A stretch of 64,000 nucleotides of DNA from Spirosoma sp. (GCA_964263725.1 CAXVWN010000104.1:766-64765), one strand, 5' to 3'. Counted from the first letter of the stretch, positions 49,601-58,958 are shown. The notes: generated from the letters alone by a model not told the origin. Translations and numbers: made by a program.

Positions 49601-50617
49601 CAGCTAAAATTTACGGGTTCAGGACCATATAGTTATAGTATTACGGGTGGTTACTCAGGAACAACCCGTAGTGATACCACGATTTCGGTATTGCCGCGCG
49701 GCATTACAACCTATCAGGTCATAACGGTGACCAATGGCTGCGGAATAGGCCTACCGGGCAATCCGGCAACAGCCATTATTTCGGTTCGTGTACCAACAGT
49801 ATCCACCAGCGCCTTAACAACATCAACCTTGTGCGCTGGCACATCGCTCGCGGTTCCATTTGCAACAACGGGAAACTTTAATTCTGGCAATACATTCAGA
49901 ATTGAGATGGTTAGCCTGGCCGATACAACGAAAAAATACGATGTTTCAGCAACAGCCAACTCCTCGCCCATTAGCGGACCTTTACCCCTTACATTAGCCA
50001 GCGGCCAATATTATGTTCGGGTAAAAGCCGATAATCCAGAAATAGGTATAACAGGCAGCAACAGTCCTACTCTATTGACAGTGCGCTCATTACCAACGGC
50101 AACCCTGACCGGAACACAGGATAGTTATGAAGGCATGCCCGTAAATCTGACCCTTACATTTGGGGGAGATGGTCCCTGGAATGTGACCTATGCCGACAGT
50201 AACCGAAGTTACTCCGCTACGGCAACTACCAGCCCATATGTGGTAGAGGCCCGCCCTGCCCGCACAACGACATACCGCCTGATTGATGTCACAAATACCT
50301 GTGGCACTGGGGCCATTTCCGGCACCGCTACAGTAACGGTGTTAACCCTGTTAGGTGTTGATGACAATTCGCTTGATCCACTGGTAAAAGCGTATCCTGT
50401 GCCAACAGAAACTACCTTAATGGTAGAATTAAACCTCCCCTTAACGCATGAACCAGCTACACTATCATTGACCGACTTGAGCGGACAGCCAATTTTACAG
50501 CAGACCACGCGCAACCGACTTAATGAGCTTAATCTGACCACGCAGCCGAATGGTATGTACCTCCTGCGTATACAAGTTGGGGATCGCCAAACAGTGCGAA
50601 AAGTCTTGAAACAATAA
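46682..50617 (+). CDS. Large Ig-like repeat protein with T9SS C-terminal sorting domain (putative adhesin)
   Basis: Ten ~83-aa repeats (YC...L.WY...YYVSQT.NGCE..R); C-terminal VKAYPVPT...DLSGQ...GMYLLRIQVG...VRKVLKQ. Confidence 0.88.
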   Translation: MKGRIFYSCLLVWLCLFGLTSRSLGQTITSVTFPAAPICPGSGLIITFTTSASFASGNMFTAYLSDVTGFSYTTIIGTVIGRASGTINATIPASAAVGSGYRIQVRSSTGTPIASTVSLNTLTLSRPAAPGVTSPALLYCEGDAAPALVATPASGGTLNWYGTNQTGSTASGSPTIPGTTAAAIGNTIYYVSQTVSGCESSRAAITVTVKDKPNAPGTGALTYCIGQAANALTATPVPGATLNWYGTNASGGTAASLPPTPSTTSVGTTTYYVSQSLNGCESPRAGLAVTVNSPPAAPTVPAALTYCEGAGALALSATPIAGATLKWYGTAATGGSASTTPTTPSTSQAGTLNYYVSQTANGCESPRIAVPVTVRASPSAPAFTAVPAYCQNQTAAALVATPIAGATLKWYGTAATGGSASTTPTTPSTSQAGTFNYYVSQTANGCEGPRVAIPVTVNATPTTPGVASPIIACQNRAGYALTATPSTNGTLKWYGTAATGGTPTSTPPALSTTALGSTTYYVSQSVNGCEGARASLTVTVNAIPAGPTVAAPTAYCEGTVALALAATPSAGGTLRWYGTSQTGGTGLATPTVPNTTAAAIGSTTYYVTQIVNGCESDRTGISVQVKDTPNAPVTSAIDFCQGTGIPTLSATLIANATPNWYTNSSGGPSSTTAPIPNNTTVATTVYYVSQTLNNCEGPRAALPVRVKAIPSAPGVNPISFCNNSQAQQLTANGVNLKWYDTSDNALNNPPTPNTGNVGNQVYKVSQTTEGCEGPKASLIVVINALPGQPGVSNITYCQTQQDQTPQNVTSLDASGQNLKWYYAANGPSSTNAPTPSIAQAGTQVYYVSQTVNNCEGAKATIQVTITTPATPTISKPVVIYCINDNAVPLEAVGETGSQLKWIDPFGRVTSNAPTPSTQNTNIQPDGDPFYVFQISSNGCYSARSTIRVIVNTIPTLSLLAPTTNVNLGQKAPLQLKFTGSGPYSYSITGGYSGTTRSDTTISVLPRGITTYQVITVTNGCGIGLPGNPATAIISVRVPTVSTSALTTSTLCAGTSLAVPFATTGNFNSGNTFRIEMVSLADTTKKYDVSATANSSPISGPLPLTLASGQYYVRVKADNPEIGITGSNSPTLLTVRSLPTATLTGTQDSYEGMPVNLTLTFGGDGPWNVTYADSNRSYSATATTSPYVVEARPARTTTYRLIDVTNTCGTGAISGTATVTVLTLLGVDDNSLDPLVKAYPVPTETTLMVELNLPLTHEPATLSLTDLSGQPILQQTTRNRLNELNLTTQPNGMYLLRIQVGDRQTVRKVLKQ
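47630..47983 (+). repeat. Intragenic direct repeat, 105 bp identical, 249-bp period
   Basis: 47630-47734 is identical to 47879-47983; similarity continues beyond with scattered mismatches. Confidence 0.9.
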
Positions 50618-50703
50618 AAAAAAACGTTGCCGAAAAAAGGAAAAGACCATTATGTTCATCGGCTTTATCCTTTTTTTGCGGCTTCCTGTCTACTTCTTTT
50701 CTC

Positions 50704-51138
50704 ATGCCTGACGATTATTTTATGGAAATGGCACTTGCTCTGGCGGAAGAAGCCGCTGACAATGGGGAGATTCCTGTTGGGGCTATTGTCGTTTGCCGAA
50801 ACCGAATTATTGCTAAGGCGCGTAACCAGACCGAACAGTTAAACGATGTAACGGCTCATGCCGAAATAATGGCGATTACCTCTGCCACGCAGTATCTGGG
50901 CAGTAAATACCTTACCGACTGCACTATGTATGTTACATTAGAACCATGTGTAATGTGTGCAGGTGCTCTTTTCTGGGCACAGCTTGGTCGGTTAGTTATT
51001 GGCGCAAGTGACCCAAAACGTGGATACAGCCGTATTGAAACATCGCTATTACATCCTAAAACCAGAATTGAGACAGGCGTGCTCGCCGAAGAAAGTCAAC
51101 AGCTGTTGGCGAAGTTTTTTACCCGCTTAAGAACATAA
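50704..51138 (+). CDS. tadA: tRNA adenosine deaminase-like nucleoside deaminase
   Basis: GEIPVGA, NDVTAHAEIMAI, YVTLEPCVMCAGA. Confidence 0.85.
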   Translation: MPDDYFMEMALALAEEAADNGEIPVGAIVVCRNRIIAKARNQTEQLNDVTAHAEIMAITSATQYLGSKYLTDCTMYVTLEPCVMCAGALFWAQLGRLVIGASDPKRGYSRIETSLLHPKTRIETGVLAEESQQLLAKFFTRLRT

Positions 51139-51194
51139 TTTCAAATAGGGTTGTTAATTCAAACGAATAAACTTCCATCTAACTAATCAGTAAA

Positions 51195-51809
51195 ATGGCT
51201 TTTGTATTAGACCCACTTCCTTACCCTAGCGATTCGCTTGAACCGAACATTGATAAGCAAACCATGGAAATTCACCACGGAAAGCATCACAATGCTTACG
51301 TGACGAATCTAAATAATGCTATTGCAGGGACAGACATGGAAAATAAATCCATCGAAGACCTGCTGGCTAGTGTTAGCAAAGCACCAATCGCCGTTCGTAA
51401 CAATGGGGGCGGCCATTATAATCACACACTATTTTGGAATACTATTTCGGGTAGTGGCGGTGGATTGCCAACAGGTACGCTGGCAGAGGCAATCAACCAA
51501 AAATTTGGTTCATTGGATGCCTTTAAAGAAGAGTTCACAAAGGCTGCAACGACCCGTTTTGGCTCAGGTTGGGCCTGGTTGATTGTGACGCCGGAAGGCG
51601 AGCTAGCCATTACATCGTCGCCAAATCAGGATAACCCATTGATGGACATTGCCGAAGTAAAAGGCTTTCCGGTAATTGGTCTTGACGTATGGGAACATGC
51701 TTACTACCTGAAATACCAGAACCGTAGGCCCGATTATATTGCTGCGTACTTCAATGTAGTTGATTGGAATGCCGCAGAGAACCGGTATCAACAAGGCAAA
51801 CAGGCCTAA
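51195..51809 (+). CDS. sodA: Superoxide dismutase, Mn-type signature
   Basis: [36 protein letters not shown]. Confidence 0.93.
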   Translation: MAFVLDPLPYPSDSLEPNIDKQTMEIHHGKHHNAYVTNLNNAIAGTDMENKSIEDLLASVSKAPIAVRNNGGGHYNHTLFWNTISGSGGGLPTGTLAEAINQKFGSLDAFKEEFTKAATTRFGSGWAWLIVTPEGELAITSSPNQDNPLMDIAEVKGFPVIGLDVWEHAYYLKYQNRRPDYIAAYFNVVDWNAAENRYQQGKQA

Positions 51810-51922
51810 TAATTAGGAACGATGTGTTATGAATGATGTGCATTGTGGATTATGTCTGCAAAAAACTTGTCATTCATAACTCATCATTCATACTTTATCA
51901 TTACTTTTGCACTCTCAAAAAT

Positions 51923-51997
51923 GGTGATTGTAGCTCAGTCGGTTAGAGCGCCGGATTGTGGTTCCGGAGGTCGCGGGTTCGAGCCCCGTCTTTCACC
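51923..51997 (+). tRNA. tRNA-His(GTG), G-1 included
   Basis: GGTGATTGTAGCTCAGTCGGTTAGAGCGCCGGATTGTGGTTCCGG...GGTTCGAGCCCCGTCTTTCACC; C73; TACTTTTG promoter at 51902-51909. Confidence 0.96.
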
Positions 51998-52004
51998 CAT
52001 CGTT

Positions 52005-52035
52005 AAAAGACCTTGATTTTATCAGGGTCTTTTTT
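52005..52035 (+). terminator. Terminator after tRNA-His
   Basis: aaaagaccttgat...atcagggtctttttt. Confidence 0.8.
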
Positions 52036-52080
52036 GTTTTCTCTCAACCTCTTTCAAGGTTAATCGGCAAAAAATACAGA

Positions 52081-52114
52081 AAAAAAACGCTGGCCTCAGG
52101 GAAGCCAGCGTTTT
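52081..52114 (-). terminator. Minus-strand intrinsic terminator
   Basis: AAAACGCTGGC-TTCCCTGAG-GCCAGCGTTTTTTTT on the minus strand. Confidence 0.7.
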
Positions 52115-52403
52115 CTAAATATCCTATCCACACCAATGGCCACGCCATTTGGCAACTGATAGACAAAGTAATCAAAACTTTCTGTTTATCAATAACAATA
52201 ATCGGTAACTTATTTTGTGGCACGAATGAATATTTCTGCTCAGGAAAAAACTGCACAAAATAGAGAGTGTATCTTCAACATTTATAATTCCCGAAACTGT
52301 AAATGTAGCTGGGGTCTGGAGATGATTTTGTAATCTATAGTCTTCTATTTTGCCCCCATCCAACAAGGACAAAGATGTACCACTAAACTTACAATGCGAA
52401 AGC

Positions 52404-54845
52404 CTAACGGCCATCCTTATCATCATTGCTGATCTTCTTGCCTTTTTTACCACCGGTGCTCATTTGCCCAAATCGCCATTCAAACGTGAGCCGCACCGAA
52501 CGGCGGATATAATAAGAACGAGAATCTGACTCAAACGTTGGTGCTGACTGTTGACTCGTTTGCGTCACACCCCGATTGAAGGGATTGTTTAACCCCAAAG
52601 TCAGACTAGCCTGCTTATTCATAAATTCGCGTTTTGCCGAGAGACTATGCCAATAAAATCCAGTATTTGTGCCCTGTAAACTAATCCAGCCCGAGCTAAA
52701 ATTACCATTGGCCTGCAAGGTATAGTTGTGAGGTAGTTTATAACTCGTGTTTAAATTTACGCTCCAAACCAACCCACTATTACCCTGATTCAGGGCTGGA
52801 CTGTACAAGTTTACATACCGCAAATCGCCCCCACCGTTGAGATTCCAGTTTTTATTTGGCTGACTGCTTACGTTTAAGTTCAATCCGTAGGCTTTCCGCT
52901 GAGCAATATTCTGTGGTTTATTGATAGATATACCGGCCGCATCTACGGTTGAGATATATTCGATAGCATTGTTAGTGAGACGCCAGTACAAGGCCGAATT
53001 GATCGACAACCCGCTTTTGGTACTCACATTGTATGATAGTTCAGTAGCGTGGCTCAACTCAGGATTGAGATAAGGATTACCAGTCTGGATGTTTTTAGGA
53101 TCGCTCTGATTGAGCCAGGGATTCAGATACCACACCATGGGGCGCTGAATACGTTGGGTATAGCTAACCTTTAACGTGTGGGTTTTGATACTTTTGGATA
53201 AGGTGACACTAGGAATCAAATTATCATATTGACTGGCCAGTTTAGTTTGTGTAGTCAAAAAATCACCCCGGATATCGGTGTGCTCGAACCGGGCTCCGGC
53301 ATTCAGACTCCATTTACGTTTTGTATCAATTCGCAAGGCGGTGTAGCCCGAATAAACTCGTTGAATATAGTTGAAGTCGTTTGATTGAGTCGAATCCGAG
53401 ACCAATGCTCCTTGTCCATCCAGGGATTGAGTTACCCGATATTCACTACCAATGTTGCGCAGGATACCTTTCGCTCCAATCTCAAGTTTGATAGTCGTTG
53501 TGTCTTTTCGTCCATTAATTGTGAATGGATGGGTATAATCGGTTTGAAAAGTAAATTCTTTATTACTACTGTAATTGGTGCTGTGTTGGCGATAGATGAG
53601 CAACTCAGACGTGGAGTAGCGATCGGTATCGTAAAAATAATTGTCGGGCATTCGACTAAACTGCGTCAGCAATGAAAATTCCTGACTCGGCTTTTGAAAC
53701 GTTTTGGTGTAACCAAGATCAAGTTGGCCATTACCGTAGGGATTACTGAACTTGATATCGTTGCGGAAAGCTTGCAATTCATTGCCTGTCGGGCTAGTCA
53801 GCCGGTTCAATACCGTACTGTTATTAGGGTAATAGCCGCCCCAAACATTGGCGGCAAAGTTGATATGATTAGTCGAATCGGGATCATAATCCACACTCAT
53901 TTCGCCATAGCCACCCGTACCCGTATTATCTGCAGTACTGCTCTGCGTCAATATGTTAAGTGGCTGACTTGGCCCGTCGCTACTGGGCATCAACGTGGTA
54001 CGAACCGATTGATTTTCCCGCCTGTTACGAAACTGGTATCCGTTGGCTGATAAGGAAAGACCAAATTTCTTTTTCTTCAGATTCAAACTGGTACCGACTC
54101 CCCGATTCATATTACCTGCCGTTACAGTAGCTGTACCATTAAAGCCCTGAAGTGCTTTTTTTGTGATGATATTAATGATCCCAGCCGAGCCTTCTGCGTC
54201 ATACTTGGCGCCGGGACTAGTGATTACTTCAATGGATTTAATGACGTTGGCAGGCATCTGCCGCAAAGCATCAGCCAGGTTACGGGCCATCATGGCCGAG
54301 GGCTTACCATTGATGAGTACTTTGATATTACCGTTACCCCGCATTTGCACATTCCCATCCATATCGACACTCAGCGTTGGCACTTTTCGAAGTACGTCCG
54401 CAGCTGTACCTCCTGCGTTAGAGATGTCTTTTTCGGCATTGTACACTAACCGATCGCCTTTGTCCTCGACCAACGCTTTTTGACCCGCTACGGTTACTTC
54501 ACCAAGCGTTTTACCTTCTATCATCATCAGGATGGACCCAAGCTGGCGTGCAGGTTGATCCGTAGAGAGCCTTACAGATACAGTTTTAGTGCGGTAGCCT
54601 ACAAAGGACAAAACCAGGCTATACGTACCGAGTGGCAGGTTGGACAATATAAACGCACCTGCTTCATCGGTAGTTGTGCCGGCAATGAGTTTAAGGCCAT
54701 CCATTAAGGCAATTGTAGCGAAAGGAACAGGTTTAGCCGTAGTTGAATCGGTGAGTGATCCAGCTAATTTGCCGGGATGGAGCGTTTGAGACAGGGCACT
54801 AGTAAGCCCTACGCCAAGCAGGAGCAGCGTAAAAAGATGTTTCAT
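52404..54845 (-). CDS. TonB-dependent receptor / outer-membrane beta-barrel family protein
   Basis: CarboxypepD-reg-like N-terminus; DVLRKVP; IEVITSPGAKYDAEGSAGIINIITKK; RIQRP...LNP...GNPYLNPE. Confidence 0.9.
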   Translation of the reverse strand: MKHLFTLLLLGVGLTSALSQTLHPGKLAGSLTDSTTAKPVPFATIALMDGLKLIAGTTTDEAGAFILSNLPLGTYSLVLSFVGYRTKTVSVRLSTDQPARQLGSILMMIEGKTLGEVTVAGQKALVEDKGDRLVYNAEKDISNAGGTAADVLRKVPTLSVDMDGNVQMRGNGNIKVLINGKPSAMMARNLADALRQMPANVIKSIEVITSPGAKYDAEGSAGIINIITKKALQGFNGTATVTAGNMNRGVGTSLNLKKKKFGLSLSANGYQFRNRRENQSVRTTLMPSSDGPSQPLNILTQSSTADNTGTGGYGEMSVDYDPDSTNHINFAANVWGGYYPNNSTVLNRLTSPTGNELQAFRNDIKFSNPYGNGQLDLGYTKTFQKPSQEFSLLTQFSRMPDNYFYDTDRYSTSELLIYRQHSTNYSSNKEFTFQTDYTHPFTINGRKDTTTIKLEIGAKGILRNIGSEYRVTQSLDGQGALVSDSTQSNDFNYIQRVYSGYTALRIDTKRKWSLNAGARFEHTDIRGDFLTTQTKLASQYDNLIPSVTLSKSIKTHTLKVSYTQRIQRPMVWYLNPWLNQSDPKNIQTGNPYLNPELSHATELSYNVSTKSGLSINSALYWRLTNNAIEYISTVDAAGISINKPQNIAQRKAYGLNLNVSSQPNKNWNLNGGGDLRYVNLYSPALNQGNSGLVWSVNLNTSYKLPHNYTLQANGNFSSGWISLQGTNTGFYWHSLSAKREFMNKQASLTLGLNNPFNRGVTQTSQQSAPTFESDSRSYYIRRSVRLTFEWRFGQMSTGGKKGKKISNDDKDGR

Positions 54846-55369
54846 CGAGAAGTGGGTTGGAGTCGTACCTGTTTGGTGCGAGTTACTAAGAGAGAAAAGG
54901 TTAAATACTATTGAATCAACGGAAGCATGGCCTGGCTTTCATGCTTATCTGTTTGTTATGTCAAGGAGGGGATCAAACGGCTACGTGTTGCATCGGACGT
55001 TGAAAATTTTTAATTATTTATTCAGCGGCTAAGAACCATAGCAAGTCCCTTAACCTTACTGATTCTGCTAAATTTTTATATCTTAGGATTGCGACTGATT
55101 ATGATCCCAAAAATTTAGACTATCCAGCCTAAACGTTTAGAACTCGTTACTTGTAAAGACGATTCAATGGGTGAAACATTACAAACCAGTGTGATTTTTG
55201 TGCAAAATCAGCGGTATATCCTTAAATCAACGCCTTATTATCAGGGAATTAGGCGTCGTCAGCACAGTTGTATTTTTCATCTATTCACCGTTTAGAATGA
55301 CCTTCTATAGGTAAGTTCCCATCAGGAAAGAAGTAGAAAATGAAGGGAGGGAAAGTGGGGTTAGGCAAC

Positions 55370-55403
55370 AAAAAAGCCCTGTACGCGACGTACAGGGCTT
55401 TTT
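55370..55403 (-). terminator. Terminator after tRNA-Arg
   Basis: aaaaagccctgtacg-cga-cgtacagggcttttt. Confidence 0.85.
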
Positions 55404-55413
55404 GTATTTCTTG

Positions 55414-55485
55414 TGGTCCTATAGGGACTCGAACCCCAACCAACAGTTCCGAAGACTGTGATGCTATCCATTACACCATAGAACC
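55414..55485 (-). tRNA. tRNA-Arg(TCG)
   Basis: GGTTCTATGGTGTAATGGATAGCATCACAGT-CTTCGGA-ACTGTTGGTTGGGGTTCGAGTCCCTATAGGACCA; anticodon at 55450-55452. Confidence 0.93.
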
Positions 55486-55732
55486 ATTTACTAACCGCAA
55501 AAATAGCTTCATTTTTCCAATTTAGGGCAACAAAAAACTTCTGTATCTTAAGACAGTTTATTCAACAAAAATGCAAAAATCCGCGCGCTCACTGTTCATG
55601 CAAATTAATAATCTCACTATCAATCACATAGCTTTTTTAGTTGGCCTTGCTTGTTGATAGTTTTCCAATAAAGGTTAAACAAAATATAATTATGGAAGTT
55701 TATTAGCCATCATATGTATCGAATACTAATTC

Positions 55733-56611
55733 ATGAGTACGTACTCAATCAGAGATTTAGAGCAACTTTCGGGTATTAAGGCGCACACGTTGCGAATCTG
55801 GGAACAACGATATGCTATTCTGGCGCCCGAACGGACAGACACCAATATTCGTACTTACGGCGATGAAGACCTTAAACGGGTTTTGAATATTTCTTTATTA
55901 AAGGATCATGGGTACAAAATTTCGGAGATTGCAAAATTGTCGCCGGAGGAGTTAAATCGTGAAGTATTTAAGATTTCGGATGAGCAACTCAATTATCCCG
56001 ATCAGATTCATGCTCTAACCATTGCTATGCTTGATCTGAGTGAAGAACGTTTTGAAAAAATCATTAACTCAAATGCTCTTCAATTTGGATTTGAAAATAC
56101 AATGATTCATATCATTTACCCGTTTTTGAGCCGTATAGGAACGCTCTGGGTAACTGGTTCTATTGGCCCGGCGCAGGAACATTTTATAACGAACCTTATC
56201 CGGCAAAAAATTATTGTGGCCATTGACGGGCAGGGAAATAAGCAACATCCAAATGGTAAAAAGTACATGCTGTTTCTACCCGAAGGTGAATTTCATGAAA
56301 TCAGCCTCTTGTTTGCCAATTACGTCATTCGTTCCCGAGCAAATAAAGTCATTTATTTAGGACAGAGTTTACCCTTCAATGAATTAACTTTTGCTTACAA
56401 GCTCCACCAACCCGATTATATTTTCAGTGTGCTGACCTCAGTACCTGCCAATCATGAGGTTCAACCCTTTGTTGATCGCCTGGCTAGCACCTTTCCAAAC
56501 GCTCAGATATTATTGACAGGTTATCAAGTTGTTGGTCAGGATATTATCAGTCCCGACAATACACTAATTATTAGCCAGATCAATGAGTTACTGCACATTG
56601 CCAGCCACTAA
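55733..56611 (+). CDS. MerR-family regulator with B12-binding domain (CarH/LitR-like)
   Basis: YSIRDLEQLSGIKAHTLRIWEQRY; W-x9-EH (WVTGSIGPAQEH); PEGEFHEIS; VIYLGQSLP. Confidence 0.88.
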   Translation: MSTYSIRDLEQLSGIKAHTLRIWEQRYAILAPERTDTNIRTYGDEDLKRVLNISLLKDHGYKISEIAKLSPEELNREVFKISDEQLNYPDQIHALTIAMLDLSEERFEKIINSNALQFGFENTMIHIIYPFLSRIGTLWVTGSIGPAQEHFITNLIRQKIIVAIDGQGNKQHPNGKKYMLFLPEGEFHEISLLFANYVIRSRANKVIYLGQSLPFNELTFAYKLHQPDYIFSVLTSVPANHEVQPFVDRLASTFPNAQILLTGYQVVGQDIISPDNTLIISQINELLHIASH

Positions 56612-56625
56612 TCTATGGAAATGAA

Positions 56626-57591
56626 TTAAGCCAAGTTTTGAGCAAACGACAATGCTCGTCGTTCGGCATAGGTGTATTCATCACCTGCTAGTTGAAAGCC
56701 AACATGGCCACCCGTTCGGGGAGTTTCCAGAAAAATACACGGGTGAGTTTGGGCTAACCAACCTGGCGAACACTCAGGCGAAAGAAGTGGGTCATTCTGC
56801 GCATTTAGCAACAGGGTTGGCACAGTAATACCAGGCATAAAATTAACGGCTGATGCCTGCGTATAAAAGTCAGTTGCATCGTGATAATTATTAACTGGGG
56901 CCGAAAAAAACTCATCAAAATCCCGCCATTGTTTTACCTGTTGCAACTTACTCATATCTAACCGGCCCGGAAACAGATCAGCCTTTTGGCTTAACTTGAC
57001 AACTAGTTTTTTCATGAACCGATTTCGATAGAAGCGATTCGATCGTCGGTCGAGAAGTCCCGCGCTGGCACCTAAATCGGTTGGAGACGAGATAGCAATA
57101 CCGCTTTTAATAACATCAGGGAGCTGGTTTCCATGAACGCCAAGGTATTTTAGCGTAATATTGCCACCCATGCTATAGCCAACTAATACGATCTCCTTAT
57201 AATGCTTTGTTTGTAGCGCGTGTGTAATAACTTCACCTAAATCGCCAATTTCACCGTGATTATAAAGCCGAAATGCCCGATTCATTTCGCCACTACAGGA
57301 TCGGCAGTTCCAGGCCAGTACATCATACTTATATAGAGCAAATAGTTTGGCCGTGCCCCGAATGTACTGTCGATTGCTATCACCCTCCAGACCATGCGTT
57401 AGTACGACTAAGCGGTTTTGACCGCCGTCAATCCAATCCAGATCGACGAAATCACCATCATTTAACGTCAGACGTTCGCGTTCATAGGTAATTCCAGATA
57501 CACTACGTATCAGGCCGGGAATGATCGTTTGAAGGTGACCGTTGTATTGGTAAGCTGGTGGCCCCAAATAAGCAGAGTGAATAAGCGGCAT
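56626..57591 (-). CDS. YheT-family alpha/beta hydrolase
   Basis: NGHLQTI, DGDFVDLDW, HGLEG, GYSMGG, NDP, GGHVGF. Confidence 0.92.
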   Translation of the reverse strand: MPLIHSAYLGPPAYQYNGHLQTIIPGLIRSVSGITYERERLTLNDGDFVDLDWIDGGQNRLVVLTHGLEGDSNRQYIRGTAKLFALYKYDVLAWNCRSCSGEMNRAFRLYNHGEIGDLGEVITHALQTKHYKEIVLVGYSMGGNITLKYLGVHGNQLPDVIKSGIAISSPTDLGASAGLLDRRSNRFYRNRFMKKLVVKLSQKADLFPGRLDMSKLQQVKQWRDFDEFFSAPVNNYHDATDFYTQASAVNFMPGITVPTLLLNAQNDPLLSPECSPGWLAQTHPCIFLETPRTGGHVGFQLAGDEYTYAERRALSFAQNLA

Positions 57592-57644
57592 AGTATCAAA
57601 ACAACGGATACTTTTGTAGCGTTGTTCCAGAACCTACCTCCACT

Positions 57645-58088
57645 ATGCAGTTCGCCAAATACATTTCTGTCATCATTGCCAGTACAGTCAAGTTTGTAGC
57701 CGGTCCCCTGTCGGGGGCAGCCCTAGGTCTAAATTGGTTAGAGACAGCGGCTTGTACTGCCCTTGGCATGATGATTAGCGTGGTAATAATAGCTTATGCC
57801 GGAGCAGCATTGCAGGCTTTACTCCACCGGTTTCGTCCCAGACCGACGAAACGATTTACAAAACGGACACGCATGGCAGTTCGCATCTGGAATCGCTTTG
57901 GCCTTGCCGGAATTGCTTTCTTAACTCCCCTGATTTTAACACCAATCGGCGGGTCAGTCCTGGCGGTATCGTTTGGAGTTGACCGAGGTAAAATTCTTTT
58001 CTATATGCTTGTTAGCGCTATTCTCTGGGCTATTGTTCAAACATTGGCTCTTTATCAAATTCCTGGATTGAAGGGTATATTTGGCTGA
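57645..58088 (+). CDS. Hypothetical membrane protein
   Basis: Hydrophobic; FGLAGIAFLTPLILTPIGG motif. Confidence 0.7.
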   Translation: MQFAKYISVIIASTVKFVAGPLSGAALGLNWLETAACTALGMMISVVIIAYAGAALQALLHRFRPRPTKRFTKRTRMAVRIWNRFGLAGIAFLTPLILTPIGGSVLAVSFGVDRGKILFYMLVSAILWAIVQTLALYQIPGLKGIFG

Positions 58089-58133
58089 TTGATGAGCGAT
58101 GAATTGAGTTTTGTTAGTTGGCACAGAACATCA

Positions 58134-58904
58134 TTATCGGCTCACCGACTGCGGTACGGATGTCGGTGTTTTTTTTCGAAAATCTCCCTGCGAGAAATAT
58201 TTTTCAATCAGGCAGTACATTAGGATGAAAAAATAACGGCTGCCCATTTCCTTAATCTTCAGTTTCGATTCACCGTACTTCCGGTTCGTCCAGCTATTAG
58301 GCACAACCGCAAAGGAGTACCCACGTACAATTGCCTTTAACGGTAGCTCAACTGTTAGATTGAAATGGGGTGCCAGAAAAGGTTTTATCCCTTCAATAGT
58401 CTCGCGTTTATAAAGTTTAAACGCGTTTGTTGTATCGTTATAATTGATGCCCATCACCATCCGAACGATAAAATTAGCAACACGATTGATAATTTTTTTC
58501 AGCGTTGGATAATCAACCACTTTACCACCTTTTTCCCAGCGAGAACCGAAAACAGCATCGACGTCAGAATCAAGCATTTTATTGTAGAATCGCACTAAAT
58601 CTTCGGGATCATCAGACAAGTCGGCCATAAATACGGCTACACAATCGCCAGAAAACCGCTCCAGACCATAGCGAACAGCGTAACCAAACCCATTAGGACC
58701 AGGATTTGTATAATACACCAGAGTCGGTATTTCGGTAGCAGCCAACTGCTCCAACACCTTCAGCGTACCGTCTTTCGAGTTGTCGTTTGTAACGCAGATT
58801 TCGTGAGGAATACCATGCTTGGCTAGTGTTTGATAGAGTGCCCGGAGTGTTGGCGGCAGCGACTCTTCTTCATTATAAGCAGGGATAACAACACTTAATT
58901 TCAT
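58134..58904 (-). CDS. Glycosyltransferase family 2 (DPM1-like, polyprenol-phosphate type)
   Basis: LSVVIPAYNEE, NDNSKDGT, MADLSDDP, VFGSRW, DTTNAFKLY. Confidence 0.9.
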   Translation of the reverse strand: MKLSVVIPAYNEEESLPPTLRALYQTLAKHGIPHEICVTNDNSKDGTLKVLEQLAATEIPTLVYYTNPGPNGFGYAVRYGLERFSGDCVAVFMADLSDDPEDLVRFYNKMLDSDVDAVFGSRWEKGGKVVDYPTLKKIINRVANFIVRMVMGINYNDTTNAFKLYKRETIEGIKPFLAPHFNLTVELPLKAIVRGYSFAVVPNSWTNRKYGESKLKIKEMGSRYFFILMYCLIEKYFSQGDFRKKTPTSVPQSVSR

Positions 58905-58958
58905 AAATAGTCATGTGCGGGATAAATCCGCAATTGGGGTTAATCAATCCCGCAACAT

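Noticed and set aside
46682-50617. Periodic repeats as a CRISPR array or a diversity-generating retroelement template/variable pair
   Set aside because: The repeats are in-frame protein domains of about 249 bp; differences are not adenine-specific; no cas or reverse transcriptase gene in the window.
54846-55369. About 520-bp spacer between the TBDR gene and the tRNA-Arg terminator as a riboswitch or hidden gene
   Set aside because: No recognisable cobalamin or TPP riboswitch core and no credible ORF; only a possible ECF-type promoter and weak hairpins.
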